Below are positions 33,358 to 42,174 of a stretch of 57,349 bases of DNA, one piece after another (position 1 is the first letter of the stretch; the number at the start of each line of letters is the position of its first letter). Source of the DNA: Catajapyx aquilonaris (Eukaryota); the NCBI GenBank assembly GCA_000934665.2, contig KZ538633.1, positions 1 to 57,349 of the forward strand. Reading direction: 5' to 3'. The notes beneath the pieces were generated by a model. It was not told where the DNA came from and searched no databases. It worked only from the letters and a program-made list of their open reading frames with translations. The translations under genes were made by a program, and so were the position numbers.

Positions 33358-36300
33358 GTCATCATTATTCATGCATCGTCGTCGCATGGAATACTGCATT
33401 GATAAAAGAATGACCTGACAACTGACACATTTGCAGCTCGGCCAACACGCATCACAGATAATTGTGCGACATCGTAAAGATACACAAATTCCAAGTCTGA
33501 AAAATGCCCCTGACCTTGGGCTTATTAGCCGACGAAGCCCACGTAATCTGTCTCTCTTTCCCATTTAACCATCCGGACACATACGACTCCCCCAGCTCTG
33601 ATCTGGTCTCCATCCTTCGCGTGCTCTCCCCATCCCCCCACCCTCCCAGTCTTGGCTCCCGAAGCACCTCTAATAGCGGCAGGGATCGTCACCAGCACGT
33701 CAGTTTCTGCCGGCTGATGATGGGCGGCGGTATAAATACCCATAACCTCGGGCCAATACATTTGCCGGCCATAGTACAGTACCCCTGCAAGCAGCACCCT
33801 GTGGCCAGGCAGGCAGGGTCGAATGTGCAATAAATCATGCCCAATCTTCCACCCACGCTTGCACTGGTGCTGCATTCCGGAGCACAGGGCTATTTTTTCC
33901 AATAGTGTACCCTGTCAGTGGCAAAATAAATGTATAAATGAAATGTTTTGCTTACCTGGCTCCATTAGACTCGATACAACCATTCCAGCTGCACTTCACA
34001 ATATTGCATACTGTAGTTATAGATTTTTTCATGAAACAAAGTATTTGAGTCAATAAGTTACTTTCCAATTATTAGGTGAAAGACACTTCATGTGTGAAGA
34101 CTGTGGGAAGAATTTCAGCGTGAAGTGGTCACTTGATCTGCATAGACTGGCACATAAGGGCTCACGACCTCACAGGTGTACCAAGTGTCCCCGGTCATTC
34201 ACAGCCAAGAAGGATCTTATGCGGCATCAATCAGTTCATTCTGGTAAGATCCTCACATGCAGTTCAAATGAAAATTTAAATGAAAGTGTTATCCAACTTC
34301 CACTTACAGTTAGCTGGTATTACACCACGTGAAAGTTGCAATTTAAGACACATCTCACAAGGGACATTTTCCGAGTGATAATGACGGATCTTTATGAAAC
34401 TAAACATGCTAATAGAGGACAATATGTGATAGGCAAAAATTCTTAGAAAGGCTTGAACTCTCACTTGGTACAGTTATCCAGACATATGAGGATCACTTGT
34501 TAAGCGATAGTCGTCTGGCATTAGCCCGCTCAACTCGCTATACCTTTTATTGGGACTTAGTTCCTGAATCTCACCCGGTGTGCAGTGCCGCATTAACCCA
34601 TGGCTGGGCCCCTAGGCTTCGAGCTTCTTTGGGCCCCTGCCCCAAACACACCCCCCCACACCCCCCACGCGAATTTCACGCTCTCCTTCCGTACCATTTA
34701 TTACAATATTACACATGAAGAAATTAATGGAGTAACAAAGAAAATAATATCTCATAAAACAACCTTTAATTAGCATTAACCAAAGCAATACGTATTCTGG
34801 GACTGTAGCCTACTGTGAAGGTTAACATATAGGCCTACATAATATTATGTACCTGGCTACTGAAACATTTTTCTCAGTAGGCTAATCTTTCAACAAACTG
34901 ATCCAGAACATTGTTGAAATTTAATTTCCGGAGCACACATGATTCTACGTGCATTATTGCCAAATGGTTGAGCTTTTCATCTTTCAGAGCGATAAGCAGG
35001 TAATTCTTAATACGCTTCAGAGCAGAAAAAGACCCCCTCGCCAGAACAGTTTGTGACGAGATGTGACACGTACATGCGTATACAACCCCCGGAGATGGAG
35101 CCAAATACCCCAAACTTTTACAAAGAGAGGGCCCGCCGCGGGCGAAATTTTTTTGGGGGTTCAAGTAACACTTTTAAAAAAAAGTTGCACACTTGCATGG
35201 GCGATGGGCCCCTGCTTTTGGTGGGCCCCTAGGCTTCAGCCTATATAGCCTTGTGGATAATGCGGCCCTGCCAGTGTGGTATACTGGACTGAGCCTACCA
35301 CTGCCGATCACTAGGATGTTTGCCAATCTCAGACATAGGCAAAGCAAAGAATTCCACGCAAAACAAACTTCCCCCCTAAAGAGCCGATGGCTGATAACGG
35401 GGTATGAATTATTACATGGTGTGTCTGAAAAGTAATGTGAATGTTGCAATGGAAGCAAGAAAACAGAAAGTACATAGGAATTACCTTTATTGGTCTTCAA
35501 AGTTCTCTCCATCAAACACAATTCACACAACACACTTTTGAAATCATTCATAAGGCTTCTTAGAAGAGTTAGAAAAAAAATTCTTTGGACCCCCCCCCCT
35601 CCCCCCCTCCAGATCTGTTGTCACAAGGCTGTGCACGTGAACGTCCACAAAGCGTGATCCTTTCATTAAGGAGAGGTAAACCAAATACAGTCCACAGGAG
35701 AAAGGTCAGGGGAGTACAGTGTGTGATCCGAAACAATGATACCACACTGAACTTCAAAGGATTCATGAAGAGATCACGTTTTGTGGACGTGGAGATTCAG
35801 GCCCGTGTGGCAACAGGTCTGGAAGGGCGTCCAAAGATAAATTTTGCACACTCTCTTCAGAAGCTTTACAGGCGATTTCAAAAGTGTGTTGTGTCTGATG
35901 GAGAACATTTTGAAGGCCAATAAAGGTAATTCCTATGTACCTTCTGTTTTCTTGCTTCCATTGAAACATTCACCGGACTTTTCAGACACACCATGTATGT
36001 GCACATTGGTAATTAAAGTGTGTAATCACGGCTTGGATGATATGATCACATCTTAAAAACTTGCTGTTGCAGAGCTCCGCCCATTTACCTGTGAGATTTG
36101 CAGTACAGCCTTTCGCCGGAAGGACAACCTAGAGCGTCATGTACGACACACACATTTGGAAGGGTTACAGGAAACTTCAAATGGGGCTCATCTGGCTAAG
36201 AAAACCAAGACTGCACCAGATACCATGGCTGTACAGAAGAGTGTGATACGGTGTCCAGATGACATTAGGTTGGGAAACACATCAATGCATACAGCATGTG

Positions 36301-36560
36301 AGCACACAAAGACTTCTACTCCAGTAAAATGTATGAAAAATGACACCAGCAAAACATCTGAAGCAGAACAATGCAAAGTGTTGTCAATCAAGCCGGAAGG
36401 AGTTGTGAATGCACTGGCTGCTGCTTATAGTGACCATCAAGTTGCAGAAATGCCTGAGGCAGATACAAATTCCACATCCGTTCGAGAGAAAGTGTTGTCA
36501 GATAGTGCTAGGCCAACTCATGTTATCATCGAACCAAGGAAGCATAGGCCATTATCATAA
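22649..36560 (+). CDS. Zinc-finger protein gene: N-terminal Rols/TANC-like RING-type Cys cluster + 8 fingers (1 C2HC, 7 C2H2); 5'-most coding exon(s) uncertain
   Basis: Phase-1 GT-AG exons 22649-22786, 23041-23226, 24402-24572, 25251-25334, 27688-27855, 34076-34243, 36073-36560 (TAA) join into one open frame with TGEKP-type linkers (GEKPY, GERPH, GERHF, ELRPF). AATAAA at 36873-36878. Confidence 0.9.
23041..23226 (+). CDS. ZNF exon, linker with basic NLS-like KKRRK
   Basis: tttag acceptor, gtaagt donor, open frame, phase 1-1. Confidence 0.75.
24402..24572 (+). CDS. ZNF exon, fingers 1 (C2HC) and 2
   Basis: [49 protein letters not shown]. Confidence 0.92.
24584..25193. mobile_element. Kolobok-like TTAA element with an inner 109-bp MITE (24658-24766)
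   Basis: TTAA|AGCGGCGCAGTA...TACTGCGCTGCC|TTAA; inner perfect 33-bp IR GGGCTGAATCTTCG... flanked by ATA. Confidence 0.75.
25251..25334 (+). CDS. ZNF exon, finger 3
   Basis: [28 protein letters not shown], 84 nt. Confidence 0.92.
25663..26779 (+). mobile_element. mariner deletion derivative
   Basis: TA|CGAGGG...CCCTCG|TA; transposase remnant [16 protein letters not shown]...[20 protein letters not shown] at about 25930-26123. Confidence 0.85.
26210..26759. mobile_element. Tc1/mariner superfamily (Tc2/pogo-like) MITE inserted in the right TIR of the mariner
   Basis: TA|CCGTATTTACTCGCATATAAGAC...inverse|TA; TGCGTCTTATA repeats. Confidence 0.85.
26844..27056. mobile_element. Palindromic MITE with AATT TSD
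   Basis: AATT|.TGCCGTCAGAT...ATCTGACGGCAG|AATT; relative at 52553-52777. Confidence 0.8.
27688..27855 (+). CDS. ZNF exon, fingers 4-5
   Basis: [23 protein letters not shown]...[23 protein letters not shown], 168 nt. Confidence 0.92.
28718..30038. mobile_element. Fold-back element with 651-bp arms, CAC termini, TAA TSD (Chapaev3/CACTA-like)
   Basis: TAA|CACAGCGC...GCGCTGTG|TAA; arms 28718-29368 and 29388-30038. Confidence 0.85.
30686..31055 (-). mobile_element. Truncated Kolobok-like element related to 24584-25193
   Basis: TTAA|GGGGGCGCAG; inverse homology to about 24810-25070. Confidence 0.65.
31703..31801. mobile_element. Tiny palindromic MITE flanked by GTAC
   Basis: GTAC|TATATCGCTCAAAAA...TTTTTGAGCGATATA|GTAC. 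Confidence 0.7.
31831..33773. mobile_element. 1.9-kb fold-back element flanked by GTAC, (GAT)n in each arm, central TA MITE 32699-32909
   Basis: GTAC|TATGGC...GCCATA|GTAC; colinear inverted arms of about 870 bp outside the central MITE. Confidence 0.85.
34076..34243 (+). CDS. ZNF exon, fingers 6-7
   Basis: [23 protein letters not shown]...[23 protein letters not shown], 168 nt. Confidence 0.92.
34358..34445. mobile_element. Solo end of the CAAGGG family
   Basis: CTCA|CAAGGG...GTGATAATGACGGATCTT matches the inverse of 85-171. Confidence 0.6.
34583..35270 (-). mobile_element. hAT deletion derivative with dimerisation-domain remnant
   Basis: 8-bp [47 protein letters not shown]...[11 protein letters not shown] at about 34874-35050. 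Confidence 0.85.
35415..35995. mobile_element. mariner-derived fold-back MITE
   Basis: TA|CATGGTGTGTCTGAAAAGT...|[23 protein letters not shown] in the right arm and a degenerate inverse copy in the left arm. Confidence 0.8.
36073..36560 (+). CDS. ZNF terminal exon, finger 8 + low-complexity tail
   Basis: [24 protein letters not shown], then open to TAA at 36558-36560. Confidence 0.88.
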
Positions 36561-36996
36561 TGATCATTATGTGCATCACTGATTGTGAGTGATATTTCAA
36601 AGTTGTAACTGTGGACTCTTAATTTAAAAAGTGTGCTGAAATTACGAGGGAGCATTATGTTATTTTACACACATTTAAGAATGGTTGGGTTCAAGATGCC
36701 CGATTAATCCTAGAGAAGCTCATGATAGGTGACATCTGGTTGGGGGAAAAAAATACCATTTTCTCCCCTAATTTATAATTTCTAATTTTATATTAATTGG
36801 ATCACCTGGTATGTCAGCAATGAAGGGAGACGCAAGCTAACCCAACATATGAACTAAATTAAAACTTGTGAAAATAAACCTATAAACAACCCGTCCCACC
36901 TCCCACCCCTGCCCATCTCAGATGACAGACACTGAATATTAAATATTATACTATGCAACGCGGTACTTCGCCAAATCAAGTCCCCCCCCCCCCCNC

Positions 36997-37905
36997 TGGC
37001 CACGCCGACATGTATGGCACCACCCTTGCACCTCATCGATCCCGCCAAGGACGTCTCCTCTACTCGCCGGAGCGAAGGAAGCCTTATCCTCAGACCTATT
37101 TACCCATTAATTAACCTATGCAATAATACACCTATCCAAACAAACAACCTTAGCCTCAGCCACATCCATGGTCCTATTGACACAAGAACGTCTCGGCTTA
37201 ACACTAGCAACACCCTTAAGACACTGACCCACCTGGTCCAACCATGTCTTCCTAGGCCAACCCTTGCCCCTCTTACCAACTACTCCATCCAAATAAACCT
37301 TCACAATCTCCTCCTCATTCATCCTCTCCACATGGCCAAACCACCATAGAGCAGACCTACTTATCTTTAACAGTCTCCTTAACATTACACCTCTGAAAAA
37401 TCTCCTCATTCCTAATCCTATCCAACTTGGTAACCCCACAAACAGCCCGGAGATAGCGCATCTCTGTAGCCAACACCCTACTCTTATGCCTATCTGACCA
37501 AACCCACGCTTCACTACCATACATAAGTGAAGGAACAATAACGTGAGAATAGACAGACAACCTACAGGCAGAAGATAAGTCCTTACTTCTAGAAAACTTA
37601 CTTTTGTGGCACCTATTACTTTCAACCCAGAACTAACTCTCCTGTCTATCTCCCCTGTCTATCTCCCCATCCATTCTACCATTACTCTCAGGTATACAAA
37701 CTGACTGACCTGCTCAACCAGTTTTCCTCATGCCTGCAACATACAAGGACAAACCTGACAGTGTCCTCTTTCAATTACCAACACCTTAGTCTTATCTACG
37801 TTAATCCTCATACCATTCTTTTCACAAACATTATCTAACTTGCCTAGGATCAACTGTAAATCAGCCTCACTCTGCGCCAGAAGGGCAGAATCATCTGCAT
37901 TTAGT
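36997..37905 (-). mobile_element. 5'-truncated, frameshifted RTE-clade LINE (RT C-terminal half)
   Basis: ADD..L..SEADLQ, GMRINVDKTKV, PSLMYGSEAW, EMRYLRAVCGVTKLDRIRNEEI, LWWFGHVERM, GKRGKGWPRKTW spread over three frames. Confidence 0.9.
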
Positions 37906-38983
37906 TTCATGCCATTTCATTATGCCTCTCAAAACAAGACCCAAGGTATCCAAGATATATTTGTCCTTCAACAGACCTTGTTTGATTTTCCTTCACAGTT
38001 TTACTGGTCCTCTTTCGTCCTTCGATAGAGTGATAGCATAATGCTTAGGTTTCAGGTGGGGAGGTAGTTTATCGTCCAATTTCTCAAAATATGCACCTTC
38101 TTTGGCCAGTATCATCGCTCGATGGGATGTGACGGCTCCGCCCTTCAGCTTCTTATTTTTTGAAGCGGATTTCTTAGTAATCCGTCTATAATAGCCTTTC
38201 TTCTAACCACACTTAGGTTTACGGACTTTCCAAAATCCGTCTGTGCCCAAGAATCCACTCCATATGACACAGGGCTTTGATGTAGGCGAAACATTGGAGC
38301 CAAGCTGCCAAGGACAACATGGCTGTCACCATGAGAATATTTACCACGGGGAACATCCGGATTAGTAGTATAATTATAATTTGGGCTGGTTAAAACAACT
38401 TGAACTTTGACCTCAGGTGTGCACAGGTAGGTACAGGTAAGAATGCAGGTGTGCACAGGTAAGTATGTGTGTTAATTATTTTCATTGTCCTAATTAATTG
38501 TCACCAATTAATTTGTTGTCACTAATCAATTAGTCAGAAAAGTCTTGGAGGACTGGATATATCTTTTTTGCCAGACCAGATGACGTGGGGCGGCGCGCGC
38601 GGCGGGAAAGCCAGTGATATTTTATATTAGTTTTTACCGCGTCAGCTGTCTAATAAATTAATGAAAGTCATATGATGAAATATTGTGGGGAAAAATGTGT
38701 GCAGAAAAAATTAATGAGTTATTCAATCTGATTAGTGGTGGTGATAAGGGCAATTATTAATAATAATGTAAGAGATGAGGAAATGTTAGTAAAATGGGAA
38801 GGCCTGTTGAAGTGAATAATTTTTACAGCACTGCAGTTATTAGACTTTTACATACCGTCAAACAGGGTGAACTTGGTCCAAAATTTCCAAAGATATAAGT
38901 GTGAAGATAATAACCGTGATATTAACCCACAACTCTGAAATTTTTTTATTACGTGTTGGACCACGCCAGCGTGGTCCAACACG

Positions 38984-39536
38984 CAGTGCCGGATTTATAG
39001 GGGTGCGTAGGGTGCGATCGCCCCNAAAAATTAAAAATTAGCTACTTGTGAAGATACTGACGAACCTCCAGCTTCAGGCTTAAATGCTTAATAGTAAGCA
39101 ATTCCTCATCGGAAAAGGGAGTCAAAGTACCGTAAGTGTCGGGAGCTTTTCCCGTGGCAGTGAATTATTCGTAGTGGCGTATGCAGGGGGGGAGGGGGGC
39201 CCAGGCGCCCCCCCCCCCACGAAATGTTTGAAATAGCCGGAAATAGCATTAGAAATTACTAATTCATGATTTATTTTTGGAAAAAGTGCTACCAATTTCA
39301 TCGGATACACACCCATTCAAATATCCCACATTCACCTAAGCTCGTGTGACCTTGAACCCAACAAAATTTGCGCCTGCGGCGGGCTTCCTCCCCGCCCTTT
39401 ACCGCTTGTTCACCCAGCAGTGCTTATGAAATGGGCCCCCACCCGAAAATTTTCTGCCTGAGACGCGCCTGCCTTATTGCTGTATTTTTTAAATTTCTAC
39501 GTTTGAGGGGCCCCCCAAGGTCTAAATCCGGCCCTG
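38984..39536. mobile_element. hAT-type non-autonomous element
   Basis: CAGTGCCGGATTTA / TAAATCCGGCCCTG; TSD CCAACACG/CCAACATG. Confidence 0.8.
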
Positions 39537-39959
39537 CCAACATGTAATAAAGCCAAAAGGGCGAGTATAAAGAAATTTTTTCTTTGCACAATGCTGCAGG
39601 AAAATTTATGACGTCACGGCCAAGTCCACCCCACCGGTTGGGATGAACTTGGCCATATAATTTTCCCATTACAAATGCACTGCTCTTGAACCTTTGACCT
39701 TGTTCCACCTTCTACATGACTGTGGTTTCTCCCACAACGCTAGGAAGACCTTTTTGTTTAATCTCCCGCAAACCCCTCCACATCTTATACACACGATATT
39801 TTTGAGTATGACTAAAGGTGATATTTATACGATTACTCGTTTTTTTGATTTGATAATGAAGAATTTGTCTTTCTGTGGTATTGTATTGTAATGGAGAGGG
39901 TAATGTGTATGTATAATATGAAGTGTGTGTCCCCCTAAGAAGGCTCTTGGGCCTTATGG

Positions 39960-39961
<2 letters not shown>

Positions 39962-40030
<69 letters not shown>
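39962..40030. repeat. (TAA)n microsatellite
   Basis: About 23 perfect units. Confidence 0.95.
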
Positions 40031-40032
<2 letters not shown>

Positions 40033-41223
40033 GCACTGCTCTGGGCAGGAAAATATTGGAATGGGTGAACCTGGTCATTTCCACATGGGACAACTTGGCC
40101 ACGCCTTCTAATATGTACTATCCATAGGGGAGGGACCAAACCTTACCAGAAGCATAGAATCTATGAAATGGGAACTTGGCCACTCCAAGGCGACACGGGG
40201 ATGAACTTGGCCACATGTTTTTAAACCAAAGAAATTGTGAATTGGGTGGTAGATAAGTGGTTCTGGATATCACATGTTATATTTCTTCTGCGCGAACATT
40301 TAACCGTCCATACTGATGCAGTACCGGTACTTACATTTTAGTCCTACCCACCCTGCAGGGCCGCAGGACTACATGGTCACATCTACTGGAGTAAGAAACC
40401 TGACCCGATAATCTGTGTTATTGTCACAATTTGTGATACATGCTGTGGTACTCACAGGTTGTGCGTGGCAAAGGGGAGCGCGTGATGATCCCACGCATAC
40501 CTCTCATCCCGAGTGACTACCCCTTCCAGTTCAGACGCCTGCAGTTCCATGTCAAACTGTGCTTTACCATTACCATCAACAAGGCACAAGGGCAATCCCT
40601 CGGAGTGGCGGGGATAGATTTGAGGGAGCCATGTTTCTCCCATGGCCAATTTTATGTAGCATGTTCCAGAGTTAGCACTAGAAACAACCTGTACTTATAT
40701 GCACCTCCCACAGGCAAGACCCGAAATGTTGTGTATAAAGAGGTGCTGACATAATGGGGTACTTTTAACTTTCATTTTTGTCATCAAAATGTTTACGTGG
40801 CCTGTGTTTTCTCTCTTGCTGACAGTGTTCATGTCTTTTTCGATTCTCTGATGTGGTGCTTGCTGTTTTGTACATTTGTAAATTTTTTGTATCCTACATA
40901 CAGTGTTAGTCGTACAGAAATAATTGTTGCCAAGGTATGGTGTCCTTTGCATCTCATTATGCTCTTAATTTTTGAAGATGTCCTTTTGGGCACCAACATG
41001 GTGATTTATTCTCTCTGCATACAGACCTATACAGAAAATGTCTTTGTTGTGTGGTTTCCCTTCTTTGCCAATTATGTTCCTGCGTAGTACATTTGCGTTC
41101 TGTTGGAATCTGTCTCTGCGATATGTTCTAACAGGCTTGTAAGGTGTTTAAAATTTTGCTCTTCCCCAATTCCCCCCCCCCCTCCCCGCCCCAATTTCCC
41201 TCCCCCCTCCCCCCGATGTATCT

Positions 41224-41357
41224 CCACCTTGACGTGGTGGTTGGGCTTGCGTTTTCCCATGATCCCGAAGAGCTATGCTGGCGGTAGTTTCGTCTACTGG
41301 TTGGGCCACCCAAGTCGGATAGGTCTTTGGGGTAGGAGACAGACTGAGAGAGATACC
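41224..41357 (+). mobile_element. RTE/BovB-like 5'-UTR segment
   Basis: CTTGACGTGG..GGCTTGCGT..ATGA..GAGCTATGC..GGGCCACCCAAG.CGGA.AGGTC..CAGAC recalls the conserved RTE-clade 5' region (recognised from memory). Confidence 0.6.
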
Positions 41358-41560
41358 AGTCTTTCCTCTCTTCTTTTCTTCAAGTCTTCTGGTAGCCAGA
41401 TAGCCACAGTTGCTTGGCTCTATATTACGCAAACAAACCATAATCTTACACCCTTCCATTGACTGTATATGCAAGGGAATGAGCTATTGCATTTAATAAT
41501 GCTTGGAATGATCTCTGTATAAATCTGAACACTTTTTTCCCCGTGCGAATAACGGGTATT

Positions 41561-41919
41561 TTTTAAATTTATTTTTTAATTTATTTTACCCCGTGATGTC
41601 CCTTATGGGAGCTATAGGGGGGGGTGGCATACCACCATCTGTTTTCTGATATATTTTCGCTTCAATCACCGGTGCAAGGAAACAGGGACAATGGGAAAGG
41701 ATAGGGATTTTTGGGGAGGGAACATGGGTGCAAGGTGCAATGTCGTAGCTAATGGGTCATGTGCTGTTCCCCAAGAGGTTAGGTTGTCAGACACCTCCTT
41801 GGTGCAGGTCAGAGACCCTCCTGACGTAGGTGAAAGGAGAGTTCCCCAGGCGGGGATCGAACCTGGGGCCTTTCACTCAGCAAGCCGTGACGTTACCATC
41901 ACGGCCACCACACCTCCCC
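41561..41919 (-). mobile_element. Full-length tRNA-derived SINE (same family as 22092-22402, about 50 bp longer internally)
   Basis: 13-bp TSD AATAACGGGTATT; near-identical head and tail. Confidence 0.9.
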
Positions 41920-42174
41920 AATAACGGGTATTGCACTAGTATGACATAAATAATTAGTGATAGTGTAGCCTGTCCTTTTCCAGTTTTGAAAAGCAATGCT
42001 TCCGTAATGTAGACCCAACTTACTGTGCCGTAAGGGCTTGTTTCCTATAGTAGGGAGAAATCTACGTTCCCAAGGAACGATCTTATGTCATAGTGAGATT
42101 GTACAACACGTTACCTCTCAGTGCAGTTTTCAGTTTGTTCTCCTCAATGAGAATATAATCGATTGCACACTATA

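Larger units (their letters stand above)
40382..41939 (+). mobile_element. Non-autonomous Helitron with PIF1 helicase C-terminal remnant
   Basis: A|TC 5' end candidate; 40440-40754 encodes IPRIPLIP..FQFRRLQF..LCFTITINKAQGQSL..G.DL..PCFSHGQFYVACSRV..TRNVVYKEVL; 3' CCCGT...ACGGG hairpin then CTAG|T. Confidence 0.85.

Noticed and set aside
33214..33564. Poly-Asp ORF (and poly-Ile ORF at 39954-40139)
   Set aside because: Translations of (GAT)n and (TAA)n microsatellites.
38853..40215. Complete element defined by GAACTTGGCCA repeats
   Set aside because: Left TA|CCGT end and subterminal repeats are visible but no matching right TIR was found; boundaries unsupported.
40440..40754. Host PIF1 helicase gene
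   Set aside because: Only the C-terminal motifs, intronless, within Helitron termini; ends with the Helitron-typical NVVYKEVL.
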